A DNA stretch of 64,000 bases from a virus (taxonomy: Duplodnaviria; Caudoviricetes): positions 73,943-137,942 of IMG/VR virus record IMGVR_UViG_3300036546_000172; one strand, 5' to 3'. Positions 45,709 through 56,130 of the stretch are shown piece by piece. Position 1 is the first letter of the stretch; every line of letters begins with the position of its first letter. The position numbers were made by a program, and so were the translations under genes. The notes under the pieces were generated by a model. That model ran no database searches. It had not been told where the DNA came from and worked only from the letters and a program-made list of their open reading frames with translations.

Positions 45709-47748
45709 ATGTTCGAAGTCATTGAACTCGGCGGAATGAAGACCGTGAAGTCTAATTCTGCCACCAATCACGTGTATCTGGTTGACGTCTCAGGCTCTAT
45801 GTATGGTTCACTGCCTAAGATGCGTCAACATCTGAAGAATATCGTCAGCATGGTAGCGCAACCAGACGATACCTTCACAGTGATCTATTTCAGCGGTCGC
45901 GGACAGTGCGGAGTGGTGTGCGAATGTGTCCCTGTTGGAGACCTAGCCTCCGTTACATCTGTTCAACAAGCTATTGATCGTTGGCTTACTCCTATTGGAC
46001 TCACCGGGTTTGCCGAGCCCATGGAACTAGCCGTCAATGTAGCATCCAAGTTCGATAATGACAAGTACAACAACTTTGTCATGTTGACGGATGGCTATGA
46101 CAATCAATCCAATCGAACCCAGATCGTAGAAGACGCACGTGCGCTGCCATCGGTGTATCAAAGCGTATCCTTCATTGAGTACGGATGGTATTGTGACCGT
46201 GAGCTCCTGGCTAAAATGGCTGAAGCATCTGGCGGTGTTCATGTATTCGCTGAAGGTTATGACGAATACGAAGTCACTTTCGACGATGTTGTATCTGGTG
46301 CTGTTCGTGAGAGTCGAGTCACGGTAGACATCAACAAAAAAGCCAAGCACGCAATCTATACACACAACGATCGAATCTTCATCGCTGAAGTATCTGATGG
46401 TCAGGTATCTGTACCTGAGAGTGTGGAGCGTGTACATTCGATCGTACCTGGTGATGTATTGCAGAAGCATCTGAGTGATGATCACCTGTATCTCATCATG
46501 TACTACGCAGCTAAGACAGGCAATAGCAAGCTGGTTTGGCGTTGTCTTGAAGCTACCGGTGATATCCGACTCATCGACCTCTATACCAATGCCTTCACTC
46601 GTCAGGAATTGACGCATTTCACTGAAGTAGTTGAAAATGCAGTACTATATCCAGACGAGCGCGGTATTCATGGTGTAGATACTGATTACCTGCCACCGGA
46701 AGATGCCATCACAGTAATGGATGTATTGAAAGTACTGGATCAATCCGATGTAAAAATCGTGGTAGATTCACCATACTTCGAATATGCCAAGATTGGACAG
46801 AGTCGTGTCGCAGAAGAGGACTTGCCTCGATTTGTTAAGACTCCAGGTCAATATGCATCTATTACCGGACTGACATACAACAGCTCTCGACCGAATGTGT
46901 CTATCCAGACTCTGATTCAGGGTTCTGTTGAACTGCCTGAGAATGATTTCAATCTCAAGCGAGTGCCCAGTCATCAATGGCGCAACTACACCATTATTCG
47001 AGACGGTATTCTCAATACCAAAGCACTGCCGGTTCTCATTAACCAAGAGACTCTGGCAAAACTGGATTCTCTGGATGATGCGCTGGTAGATGTGGTTGAA
47101 GACGGTGAATCAGTGTATGCTGTATTGAACCTGGACGTGATGCCTGTAATCAATCGTAAGATGTCTATGTCACCGGACGTCAATGTATTCGCTGAGATGA
47201 ACAAAGAGCTGATCGAGTATCAGGCTTATATCAAAGGGTTGAAATCCTGCCTCAGTGAGAAAGATGCTAAAGCCGAGACATTGGCTAAGATCTACGGTGA
47301 AGAGGCTGCCAAGTGGCTGTCTTCAATTGGTATCAGAGACTATGGGTTCAGTCCAGTAGGCACCAAAGGAGCTGAGACATCTGACTTCTATTACGCGACC
47401 GATCTTGAAACCAAGATCAAGGGACTCAATAGTCTGCCATCAGCCAATGCTGTTCAGAAGAAGATTGACAATGGTAAGAAATTCACCGTCAGTGAGTATC
47501 TGGTCTCGATTGGTATGAAGGAGGGCAGTGATCTGAGTGACGATGAGTTGAAGACAACGATCAAAGCTGTGAATCAGACCATCAAAGACGTTCAAGCACA
47601 GTTGAGTTCCATCGTGTATTCTATGATCATTGGTAAGACTTGGTTCAAGGGTGTAGATGACGATGAAGTGACTGTCAATCTGAACTTTGATCAACTCTAT
47701 GACGTACCGATGAATGTGAAGCTGGTACGCAGAGAGATTAAAATTTGA
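45709..47748 (+). CDS. von Willebrand factor A domain protein
   Basis: DVSGSM MIDAS motif, LTDG. Confidence 0.85.
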   Translation: MFEVIELGGMKTVKSNSATNHVYLVDVSGSMYGSLPKMRQHLKNIVSMVAQPDDTFTVIYFSGRGQCGVVCECVPVGDLASVTSVQQAIDRWLTPIGLTGFAEPMELAVNVASKFDNDKYNNFVMLTDGYDNQSNRTQIVEDARALPSVYQSVSFIEYGWYCDRELLAKMAEASGGVHVFAEGYDEYEVTFDDVVSGAVRESRVTVDINKKAKHAIYTHNDRIFIAEVSDGQVSVPESVERVHSIVPGDVLQKHLSDDHLYLIMYYAAKTGNSKLVWRCLEATGDIRLIDLYTNAFTRQELTHFTEVVENAVLYPDERGIHGVDTDYLPPEDAITVMDVLKVLDQSDVKIVVDSPYFEYAKIGQSRVAEEDLPRFVKTPGQYASITGLTYNSSRPNVSIQTLIQGSVELPENDFNLKRVPSHQWRNYTIIRDGILNTKALPVLINQETLAKLDSLDDALVDVVEDGESVYAVLNLDVMPVINRKMSMSPDVNVFAEMNKELIEYQAYIKGLKSCLSEKDAKAETLAKIYGEEAAKWLSSIGIRDYGFSPVGTKGAETSDFYYATDLETKIKGLNSLPSANAVQKKIDNGKKFTVSEYLVSIGMKEGSDLSDDELKTTIKAVNQTIKDVQAQLSSIVYSMIIGKTWFKGVDDDEVTVNLNFDQLYDVPMNVKLVRREIKI

Positions 47749-47751
47749 AAC

Positions 47752-47770
47752 GGGCCTTCGGGCCCTTTTT
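47752..47770 (+). terminator. intrinsic terminator (UUCG loop)
   Basis: GGGCC-TTCG-GGCCC followed by a T run. Confidence 0.85.
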
Positions 47771-47778
47771 AGGAGATT

Positions 47779-48228
47779 ATGATGAAGATCAATACAAACG
47801 CCTGGCACTTTAAAATCCTATCAGAGAAGGATAAGAGTAGAATACTCACAGCTGGTGACGTCTCGCTATGTCTCTACTTCTGGAGGGTGGTGTTTGGTAC
47901 ACTGATGCACATAGCTGCATTTGGGGTACTAGCCGCGGCCGCGGTGGTGATCTCGTTCTTCGTATATGCGACAGGTTACATCTACTACTTCACAATAGCT
48001 TATGGGGTATTTGATGTGATGTCGTTTGATCGAGACATGCTGGACTCGTCTATAGCGCTTAATGTGCTAGGTGTGTTTGTAGTCTCCACGTATCTGATTG
48101 TGAGTCATACCATCGAAGTCATTCGGAGGTTCAGCGGTCGAGTTCGTCCTGAGAAAGAACCCACGCTGATTGGATCCTACATCCATGCTAAGAAGCAACG
48201 TGTATGTCCGTATCTAGAGGTGGAGTGA
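47779..48228 (+). CDS. membrane protein
   Basis: two transmembrane segments; AGGAG RBS. Confidence 0.7.
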   Translation: MMKINTNAWHFKILSEKDKSRILTAGDVSLCLYFWRVVFGTLMHIAAFGVLAAAAVVISFFVYATGYIYYFTIAYGVFDVMSFDRDMLDSSIALNVLGVFVVSTYLIVSHTIEVIRRFSGRVRPEKEPTLIGSYIHAKKQRVCPYLEVE

Positions 48229-48286
48229 TGGAGTGGTTGAGTCTCTATTGTCGCTGTAATCCTGTGTTGAGTGTTGAGGTAATAAA

Positions 48287-49384
48287 ATGCGTAAACTAGT
48301 AACTATCCGAGAAGTTAAAGAAGTTCGACCAATTGAAAAGGCTGATGCTATTGAGTGCATTAGTGTTGATGGATGGACCGTTGTTTCAAAGAAGGGTGAA
48401 TTTCAACCTGGAGACAAATGTGTCTTCTTTGAAATTGACTCCTTTCTCCCTGCCGATGACGAAAGATATGCTTTTCTCATTAAGGGTGGTGTGAAGAAAG
48501 ATCCATCCGGAAAAGAAAGGATTCGACTGAAAACAGTTAAACTACGAGGTCAGTTGTCTCAAGGTTTGGCACTACCAATTAAGCTATTCCCCGAGTTGAA
48601 ATATTTTCTTCAAGGTGAAGATGTTTCTAGTGCTCTTAATGTAATCAAATATGAAAGGCCAGAACCAAAAACGGCAAATGCCGCTGGTCATTTCCCTGAC
48701 TTTATTAAGAAAACCGATGAAGAACGTATTCAAAATGTCTATGATGACTTCAAAGAGTTGTATAAGAATACAGACTACTACGCAACAATGAAATTGGATG
48801 GGTCTTCATGTACTGTGGCATTTTTGAACCAAAATATGTCATGGCACTGGAGAAATGAACCCGAATATGAAGTCATCAAAGATTCTAATAAGATCGGGGA
48901 ATTCAAAGTTTGCTCACGGAATCTTGAATTGAAACCCGACCCAGAGTCTCACTTCTACAAAGCAGTATTGTCTGGTGGTATTGTAGACAAGGCTCGTCTG
49001 ATTTCAAAAGAACTTGGGTGTTCGGTTGCTATCCAAGGTGAAGTGATGGGGCCAGGTATTCAAGGTAACAAAGATAAGTTTAATGACTATCAGTTTTTTG
49101 CATTCAATATCTTCAACATTGACAAGCAAGAATACTTACCGTATGCATTTGTTTTGGAACTTTTCAATTACTTTGGGGTTCAACAAGTACCACTGATCAC
49201 ACAAAATAAAATTAAACCATTTACTTTGTTTGGTACTCTTGGTAGTATGTTGGACTATGCGGATGGTTACAGTATCAATTCAGATTGCCGAGAGGGTATT
49301 GTAATGAAGCCTGCATGTGGAGCATCTGGAGAAAGTTTCAAAATTGTTTCAAACAGATTTTTGATGAAAGGTGGTGATGAATGA
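48287..49384 (+). CDS. RNA ligase (DRB0094/Rnl5-like, N-terminal OB domain)
   Basis: LRGQLSQGL, KTDEER, KLDGSS, QGE, EGIV and SFK motifs. Confidence 0.88.
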   Translation: MRKLVTIREVKEVRPIEKADAIECISVDGWTVVSKKGEFQPGDKCVFFEIDSFLPADDERYAFLIKGGVKKDPSGKERIRLKTVKLRGQLSQGLALPIKLFPELKYFLQGEDVSSALNVIKYERPEPKTANAAGHFPDFIKKTDEERIQNVYDDFKELYKNTDYYATMKLDGSSCTVAFLNQNMSWHWRNEPEYEVIKDSNKIGEFKVCSRNLELKPDPESHFYKAVLSGGIVDKARLISKELGCSVAIQGEVMGPGIQGNKDKFNDYQFFAFNIFNIDKQEYLPYAFVLELFNYFGVQQVPLITQNKIKPFTLFGTLGSMLDYADGYSINSDCREGIVMKPACGASGESFKIVSNRFLMKGGDE

Positions 49385-49480
49385 AAATTCAAATGGTACT
49401 TTATCCGAGTGAAGGTTCACCGGAAATTGTATCTAATGTTGATGTTCTTGCATATTGCGAATAAACCAAGAGGAAGTAAC

Positions 49481-49759
49481 ATGTCCGATATTATTGTACC
49501 AAGTTCACCAGCCGACCTGGAAGCGATCAACAAGGTAATGAAAGATATTTCTGACTCCATGACTCGTGCTGAATCAGAAGCTGAGTACCAGAAAGAGACG
49601 TTCAAAGAACTTGAAGAGAAGTACGGCATTAAAGCCAAGCACTTCCGTCGAATGGCGAAAGATTATCACAAGGATGAGTTCGATCGTAAGGTAGACGAAC
49701 AAGAAGGATATCAAAGCCTGTATGAAAGTGTGTTTGAAACTAACTTCAACGGAGACTGA
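49481..49759 (+). CDS. T4 DsbA-like dsDNA-binding protein
   Basis: ISDSMTR...ELEEKYGI...RRMAKDYHK pattern; size about 92 aa. Confidence 0.65.
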   Translation: MSDIIVPSSPADLEAINKVMKDISDSMTRAESEAEYQKETFKELEEKYGIKAKHFRRMAKDYHKDEFDRKVDEQEGYQSLYESVFETNFNGD

Positions 49760-49773
49760 TCATCAAAAATGGG

Positions 49774-49802
49774 TTGAAATAAAGACTCATTGTTCATATA
49801 AT
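49774..49802 (+). promoter_or_regulatory. sigma70-type early promoter
   Basis: TTGAAA-N17-TATAAT. Confidence 0.75.
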
Positions 49803-49838
49803 ATCCTCATTGGTTAAGCTGATGAGGATATTTTTGTT

Positions 49839-50378
49839 ATGAAAGCTACACAGATTCACGAGTTTCAAAAACGCGTATTGGATGTCCTGGAAATGGCTCA
49901 TGAGCTGTACTCCATAGGTGATCTGATGTACACTGAGATTCGTTTTGATCTTAAAGGACAGTGTGCCGGTCAAGCTATGATTCAAGGCAGTCGGTTGATT
50001 CTCAGATTCAACCAGGAAGCCATGGAGAAGGATTGGGATGATATGTTCAATGACACCATTCCTCATGAAGTAGCTCATCTGGTGTGCTTTAAGCGCCCGG
50101 AACTCGGCAGAAATCACAACCGTGGCTGGAAAGAGGTGTGTCGGTCACTGGGCGGGGCTGGGGATCGTTGTCATAAGATTGAGTTGTCACCGGGCAAGAA
50201 GCTAACCCGATTCCTGTACGTGTTAGAGGATGGCACTGAGGTAAAACTCACTAAAAATGCACATACCAAAGTGCAGAATAATCCAGGTCAGTTGTTCATG
50301 AGAGCAGCACACACCAAATCTAGGAAGAGAATTGATCTTCACCCTCATCATTTCGTTAAGAAGATGATCATCAAGTAG
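49839..50378 (+). CDS. SprT-like zinc metalloprotease
   Basis: TIPHEVAH...HNRGWK. Confidence 0.85.
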   Translation: MKATQIHEFQKRVLDVLEMAHELYSIGDLMYTEIRFDLKGQCAGQAMIQGSRLILRFNQEAMEKDWDDMFNDTIPHEVAHLVCFKRPELGRNHNRGWKEVCRSLGGAGDRCHKIELSPGKKLTRFLYVLEDGTEVKLTKNAHTKVQNNPGQLFMRAAHTKSRKRIDLHPHHFVKKMIIK

Positions 50379-50407
50379 TTGCATCAGCCACGGATGGCTT
50401 CTATAAT
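50379..50407 (+). promoter_or_regulatory. sigma70-type early promoter
   Basis: TTGCAT-N17-TATAAT. Confidence 0.7.
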
Positions 50408-50448
50408 GATTACATCAAATGAAGACTTAATTGAAGAGGTACTATATC

Positions 50449-50784
50449 ATGAACAAATCACGTAAAGACGCTGCTCGTATGATGAGAGTCGATGATAAGG
50501 TGGATGTGACTACATCCACCGGAGTGGTTCGCGGTAGCATCATCAAAATTAAAGGACCTTGGATCACAGTACGCACGAATATCGGAGACTTAAAAAAGTC
50601 GTATGTTAATGTACGACCAACTGAGCAGTACAGCACCGATCTCGTCATATCTCGCACAGAGGGTATGTCATCTGATGAAGCGCTAGATGTTATAGAAGCA
50701 CTGTATCACCATCAGTATATCAACCGCAGTACTTGTGTAAGCGCTTGTTATCGCAGGATGACTTGCGACCCATACCAGTATTAA
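50449..50784 (+). CDS. hypothetical protein
   Basis: GAGG RBS. Confidence 0.6.
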   Translation: MNKSRKDAARMMRVDDKVDVTTSTGVVRGSIIKIKGPWITVRTNIGDLKKSYVNVRPTEQYSTDLVISRTEGMSSDEALDVIEALYHHQYINRSTCVSACYRRMTCDPYQY

Positions 50785-50804
50785 GACTATCTGAGGAGTT
50801 TGTA

Positions 50805-52994
50805 ATGAAGCTGGCAGAAACAACCCGTGAAGTGATCACCAACACTGACAACAAGCATGACTTCCGCATTCAAGCTAATGCGAAGATGTTTCAGATCTTG
50901 TCATCTAAGATCTATTCTTATCCGTTAGCTGCTATTGTTCGTGAGATTAGCTGCAACGCTTATGATGCGCACGTAGAAGCTGGTAAGTCAGATGTGCCGT
51001 TTCGTGTAGTGTTACCAAACGATCTGCACCCGTACTTTGAAATCGAAGACTTCGGTATTGGTCTCAGTGAAGATGGTGTGTATGAAGTCTATACCGAATA
51101 TGGTAATTCCACCAAGACCGACAGCAACGATGTCATTGGCGCACTAGGTCTCGGTTCTAAGACTCCATTTGCTTATACCACGACTTTCACCATTCAAACC
51201 AGAAAGGACGGTGTTGAGTGTCTGTTTAACGCTTACATTGGTGATAATGGCGCACCATCAGTATCTTTGTTGCGTAAACGCGATACAGACGAGTCTAATG
51301 GAGTCAAGATTAAGATTCCTGTCAAGTCAGGTCAAGAAGATCTATTTCGTAAGGAATGTGAATTCATCCTGAGCTTCTTCCCTGTCAGGCCAAACGTGGT
51401 TGGCAATTCATCGTTCAATTTCAGTCTCTCAGAAGAAGACGCAACATCGATTCATAACGGTGACATGACCGTGGTGGATGTTAGTAATGTGGTATCTGAA
51501 CTTTATCGCTCGCGTCGTCTGTATGCGGTCATGGGCACGGTGTGTTATCCAATTGCTATGCTTGACATTGCTGACATGGATGACAAATTATATCGTTATC
51601 TTGAGCAAGTAGTGCTTGAGGGTCGTCATTCGAATGCGGCGTTTGTGAACTTCAACATTGGAGACTTAGAAGTCAGCGCCTCTCGTGAAGGTCTGTCTAT
51701 TGAAGATGGTAAGAGCACCAAAAAGACACTGGTTCAGCGGTTCTCAGATGCTGTGACATCTCTCATCGATAAGGATAAAGAGCTGATTGAACATTGCACA
51801 CACCCCAACCAGGCACTGAAGGTACTGAAGGACAAGTATGGTGATGTGTTATCCTTGGTAGCTGGGCAATTCAAGTACCAAGGACGAACGCTGGATAAGC
51901 TGGTACAGAGACAGATGAAGTCTCCGTACGATGAGGTGTATTATAGCGCAGAATCTCGACACTGGTGGTCTTCTAGCAATAAAGTGAATAAAACCTACAG
52001 CTGTCGTGCAGTAAACATCATTTCTACAGGGTATGTGATCTTAACAGCACGTGATAAGAAAACTCGCGGGTGGATCAAGCATGCACGAGAGGTGGCTAAA
52101 GATAACCATGGACTGCATATTGTATGCACTGAGAAAGCCTGGACTCAGCATCAGATTGATCGTTATATTCAGTACATAGGCTTTGAACCCAAAGAGATCG
52201 TTTACCTTGAAGATCTGAAGGATACTCCGGTTGCAGTAGCTAAGAAGAAAGCCAAGAGACCACCAAAGCAAAAACAGGAGGTGACGGCGTGCAGCTTCGT
52301 GGTATCAAAGACAGGTGTACAGTATCAGTCACAAAAGAGATTGGATATTGATGAGTTGAGAAAGGATTATTCGATCTTCTATGCCACTCGATCTGATTCA
52401 CTACCTAGGTCTATGGTTCAAACAGATTTCGACGGATATTCTACACTCTCTGATGATATTCTGCGAGCACTTACAATGTTCACCGGAGATATGATCATTG
52501 TTCTCAAGAACGATAAGAACACAAAATCTATTGAGTACAATGATATTAAGCCCCTGACAGGCGAGCTTGAACGCATCAGAGACAATCATAGCCAAGAAGT
52601 GCGTGATTTCATGGAGGTGACTCAGTGGTTCACTACATCGAACAGCTATCTTCACTTCAAATCAGAGTTCATTGAATGTGCGCGGCTGGCTAAATCACCG
52701 GTATTGCCTCGGAGAATGCATGATCTGTATGAGCGTGGAACAGAGCTTATTGATCAGGTACAGCAGTACAGCACAGTAACCAGCTATCGTTTTTTGTCTA
52801 GTCTAACAACTATAGATACAGTAGATGCTGAAAATGAAGAGAGTGAACTTGTAAGTCAATTGAAGCGAGCGTACCCAATGCTTCACTATGTCAACGGATA
52901 CCGTCTTAATCCTGAGACGGTAGGTTGCCTCGACACTGAAAGGGTACTACAATATATGAACCTGGTCGATAGCCAGAACAACCATGAGGAATAA
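50805..52994 (+). CDS. rIIA: rIIA protein
   Basis: GHKL domain: REISCNAYDA, DFGIG, STK, GALGLGSKTPFAY; followed by rIIB. Confidence 0.92.
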   Translation: MKLAETTREVITNTDNKHDFRIQANAKMFQILSSKIYSYPLAAIVREISCNAYDAHVEAGKSDVPFRVVLPNDLHPYFEIEDFGIGLSEDGVYEVYTEYGNSTKTDSNDVIGALGLGSKTPFAYTTTFTIQTRKDGVECLFNAYIGDNGAPSVSLLRKRDTDESNGVKIKIPVKSGQEDLFRKECEFILSFFPVRPNVVGNSSFNFSLSEEDATSIHNGDMTVVDVSNVVSELYRSRRLYAVMGTVCYPIAMLDIADMDDKLYRYLEQVVLEGRHSNAAFVNFNIGDLEVSASREGLSIEDGKSTKKTLVQRFSDAVTSLIDKDKELIEHCTHPNQALKVLKDKYGDVLSLVAGQFKYQGRTLDKLVQRQMKSPYDEVYYSAESRHWWSSSNKVNKTYSCRAVNIISTGYVILTARDKKTRGWIKHAREVAKDNHGLHIVCTEKAWTQHQIDRYIQYIGFEPKEIVYLEDLKDTPVAVAKKKAKRPPKQKQEVTACSFVVSKTGVQYQSQKRLDIDELRKDYSIFYATRSDSLPRSMVQTDFDGYSTLSDDILRALTMFTGDMIIVLKNDKNTKSIEYNDIKPLTGELERIRDNHSQEVRDFMEVTQWFTTSNSYLHFKSEFIECARLAKSPVLPRRMHDLYERGTELIDQVQQYSTVTSYRFLSSLTTIDTVDAENEESELVSQLKRAYPMLHYVNGYRLNPETVGCLDTERVLQYMNLVDSQNNHEE

Positions 52995-52996
52995 TT

Positions 52997-53995
52997 ATGC
53001 CAGTTCAATGTTTGGATTTTGAAGATAAACAAGACATCTATGATGAAATGATGTCTGAAGATGCACCGTCTATTGCAGCTATGGCTGTCAGCTATGCTGT
53101 ATCGCGGTCTACTATTCGTCGAGTGATAGATGAGATGGCTGACCAAGTTGTACAGGTCAGTGAACATGAGGTGCCACTTGTGGACGATGCTTTGAACAAC
53201 GAGCATGTATCGTACACCTATGTAATGACACCTGATTCGATCTCTATTACACGTGTAACTGATGACGATGTAGATACAGCGAACATCGACGATACGCACG
53301 ATCACTTCGAAATGGTGTTTCAGATGATTGTGAGTGATCCACGTAATCAAGACATTCTGGATCAAGCGTTTCATCTAGTTAGCAAGAAGCACCACATTGA
53401 GTCTATGACACGTGGACGTATCACCGTCATTCCAGAAGAAAATCGACTGGTGTGCAAAGATGGTGACATTGAGCGTGATTTCAATGGTCGATTGGTTCAG
53501 CGTATGATTGAAGCTGTGTCTCAGAACGACGAGACCGCTATCAACGGATTGTTCGCATTCACCGAACGTCTGGCACAGAATCCGTCCTTCCGTGCTGTCA
53601 ATGAGCTCTACGACTTCCTAGAAGCTGTTGACATCAAGATCAATGAGAAGGGAATGGTGGAGTGCTTCAAAAAGGTGAAATCTGATTTCACTGACGTGTA
53701 TACAGGCACCATGGATAACAGCGTAGGCCAAACGGTATCCGTGCCGCGCAACATGGTAGATGAAGACAGTGATCGTACATGCTCCTACGGGCTTCACGTA
53801 TGCTCATATTCATATCTTGGTTCATACCCAGGTGATGTGATTCTGAAGGTATTGGTGGATCCGGCTGATTTCGTGGCGATCCCTAAAGATTACTACTCGC
53901 TAAACGGATCCAACCAGGTGAAGGCTAAAGCTCGCGTATGTAAGTATGAAGTAGTGCAGGATGTTTCTAGCTCATTCGATCACAACTACTTTTAA
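52997..53995 (+). CDS. rIIB: rIIB protein
   Basis: N-terminal HTH, NPS, CSYGLHV and VDPADFVAIP..RVCKY motifs. Confidence 0.92.
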   Translation: MPVQCLDFEDKQDIYDEMMSEDAPSIAAMAVSYAVSRSTIRRVIDEMADQVVQVSEHEVPLVDDALNNEHVSYTYVMTPDSISITRVTDDDVDTANIDDTHDHFEMVFQMIVSDPRNQDILDQAFHLVSKKHHIESMTRGRITVIPEENRLVCKDGDIERDFNGRLVQRMIEAVSQNDETAINGLFAFTERLAQNPSFRAVNELYDFLEAVDIKINEKGMVECFKKVKSDFTDVYTGTMDNSVGQTVSVPRNMVDEDSDRTCSYGLHVCSYSYLGSYPGDVILKVLVDPADFVAIPKDYYSLNGSNQVKAKARVCKYEVVQDVSSSFDHNYF

Positions 53996-54011
53996 TTAAC
54001 AGGAGCGCCAA

Positions 54012-54308
54012 ATGGACATATACTCGTACGTGAAGAATGTTCTCATCACTGAGAACCCCGTGAATTCTATGATCAAAGATCGTGGCGATATTCCGTATTT
54101 GGACAATGTCTATGATCGTGTGGCATCTATGATCGTGTCATATATCGTTGAAGATCATATGAGTCACGATGATGCTGTTCGTTTGGCGCTTTCTAACGAA
54201 TTCAATCCACATGATATAGATAGTACTCGGGTGATGAATGTCATCAGACGAACATCTATGCTCGTCAACATTCAAAACGAAGATCCAGTCAAGGAGCTGT
54301 CACGATGA
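54012..54308 (+). CDS. hypothetical protein
   Basis: AGGAG RBS. Confidence 0.6.
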   Translation: MDIYSYVKNVLITENPVNSMIKDRGDIPYLDNVYDRVASMIVSYIVEDHMSHDDAVRLALSNEFNPHDIDSTRVMNVIRRTSMLVNIQNEDPVKELSR

Positions 54309-54553
54309 GTCGAGATCAACAAGTAGATGAAGCTCTGGATTCTATCCTTGAGCAGTCTAGAACTGAGAAACCAGAACTCTCCACACAACAGCAGATATAC
54401 AACGTCATATCTAATCTGAGTGAGAGTGAGCTGCTGAAGCTCAAAAAGCAGGTAGATCACCTGGTGGAGAAGAAAGAAGGTGAACGTCGACGTATGCGTG
54501 AGCGGTTGACACACCAACGGGATATGGATTCTTTGTTGGATGGTCTGCTATAA
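54305..54553 (+). CDS. hypothetical protein
   Basis: AAGGAG RBS; ATGA overlap. Confidence 0.6.
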   Translation: MSRDQQVDEALDSILEQSRTEKPELSTQQQIYNVISNLSESELLKLKKQVDHLVEKKEGERRRMRERLTHQRDMDSLLDGLL

Positions 54554-55332
54554 TGCTTGTGAACACGTCCAGTTTTCAAGCATTCAAGTCTACTGTGTGT
54601 CAGATTCCTATACTGACCAAAGAGCAAGAACAGGATTTAACCAGTAACTTGACTGAAGAGAGCGCTAGGACCTTAATCATGTCGCATCTGCGATTTGTGG
54701 CCTATGTAGTGCAATCTTATAAAGGATATGACATGCCTGAGGAGGAGTTGGTACAGGAAGGTACCATTGGTCTCATGAAGGCAGTGAAGAAATTCGATCC
54801 AAGCCATGGTGTTAGACTGGCCTCGTATGCTGTGTTCTACATCAAGAACGCCATACAAGAATACATAATGCGTAATCTGAGGGCTGTAAGACTGGTGACT
54901 ACTAAGCCTCAGCGTCGATTATTCTTCGGGTTGCGTCAGTTTGTTAAGGACAACCCAGAATACACTATGGATGATTTGATTCAGCGATTTGACACGGATG
55001 AGCAGACTATACGTGATATGCAGTCTCGACTGTATAACGACGATAGATCAATGGATACACCACTTGAAGATGGTCAGACTCTGTATGACATTATCGAGGG
55101 TGAATATGACGATGTTGATAACATGATTGATCACAATCGATTAATGAGTCGAGTGAGTCAGTCACTGGATAGTCTGAATGATAGGCAGCGTGACATCATT
55201 CAAAAACGGTACTTATCTGATGAGAAGGTGACCCTGGCTCATCTGGCGGATCAATATAAGATCTCCAAGGAGCGAGCCAGGCAGATTGAGTCTCAAGCTC
55301 TCCGGCGATTACGCTTAGAATTAGATAGATAA
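54553..55332 (+). CDS. sigma70-family factor, RpoH-like
   Basis: SHLRFV, ELVQEGTIGLMKAVKKFDP, RpoH-box-like TTKPQRRLFFGLR, region 4 ISKERARQIE. Confidence 0.9.
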   Translation: MLVNTSSFQAFKSTVCQIPILTKEQEQDLTSNLTEESARTLIMSHLRFVAYVVQSYKGYDMPEEELVQEGTIGLMKAVKKFDPSHGVRLASYAVFYIKNAIQEYIMRNLRAVRLVTTKPQRRLFFGLRQFVKDNPEYTMDDLIQRFDTDEQTIRDMQSRLYNDDRSMDTPLEDGQTLYDIIEGEYDDVDNMIDHNRLMSRVSQSLDSLNDRQRDIIQKRYLSDEKVTLAHLADQYKISKERARQIESQALRRLRLELDR

Positions 55333-55381
55333 ATCCAAGGGCCAACAGGCCCTTTCTTTTTATCTGAATAACGGAGTTAAC

Positions 55382-55771
55382 ATGTCAAAATTACCAGTAT
55401 GGGCTCGAAAGCCTAGTCACAAAAAAGAAGTCGTTGCTACCGATCGCGGATGGGTGGTTAAAGAGACTGGTGAAATCCTGCGTCGTGTATCTGATCTACC
55501 GACTAAGCTTAGGCAGCTGGTAGATGAAACACGCGAAATCGAAACTTTGATCGAGAAAGATCACGGTGTTGAATATACAGTTAAAGCTGAAGAACCTGAA
55601 GAACCTTCTGAGCCTGAGTCTCCCGTTGTTTCCGAACCAGTAGAACAAGGACAGTCTGATGAAGAGAAAACTGAAGAGACACAAGCTGAGCCAGAGCAAC
55701 CGAAGAAAACAACTAAAGGCAAAAAGAAAAGCTACTATCAGCGCAAAAAAGAGCAAGAAGCTTCTAAATAA
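55382..55771 (+). CDS. hypothetical protein
   Basis: GGAG RBS; ATDRGW; low-complexity tail. Confidence 0.65.
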   Translation: MSKLPVWARKPSHKKEVVATDRGWVVKETGEILRRVSDLPTKLRQLVDETREIETLIEKDHGVEYTVKAEEPEEPSEPESPVVSEPVEQGQSDEEKTEETQAEPEQPKKTTKGKKKSYYQRKKEQEASK

Positions 55772-55773
55772 TC

Positions 55774-56130
55774 ATGAATCTGACGAAAGATAATTTCAAG
55801 CTGTTCGCAGCCGCACACTATGACAATCCCATGTGCTTATCTGAAGATGAGTTTCACGAGGATTTGAAGCAGCTGCGAACAGTGCGCCGAATGATGACTC
55901 GATATGTCAACGGAGAAGAATCCTCGGTTCGTCTGTTGGTTAATAATGTGATCATTTTTTACAACTGCTTCAAGCACCATGCAGCTACAGAGATGATTGG
56001 GTTTCAACTGGACGAGAATCAAATCGGTCATTTTAATGCGATATTGAAATTTCTTTCGTTGCCAATGCTGATACCACCAGATCACGTGTGTCAGGAATTC
56101 TACACAGTAATAGAGGAAGAGTTTAAATGA
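55774..56130 (+). CDS. hypothetical protein of T4-like type
   Basis: YDNP.C...EF.EDL...RL..N pattern. Confidence 0.7.
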   Translation: MNLTKDNFKLFAAAHYDNPMCLSEDEFHEDLKQLRTVRRMMTRYVNGEESSVRLLVNNVIIFYNCFKHHAATEMIGFQLDENQIGHFNAILKFLSLPMLIPPDHVCQEFYTVIEEEFK

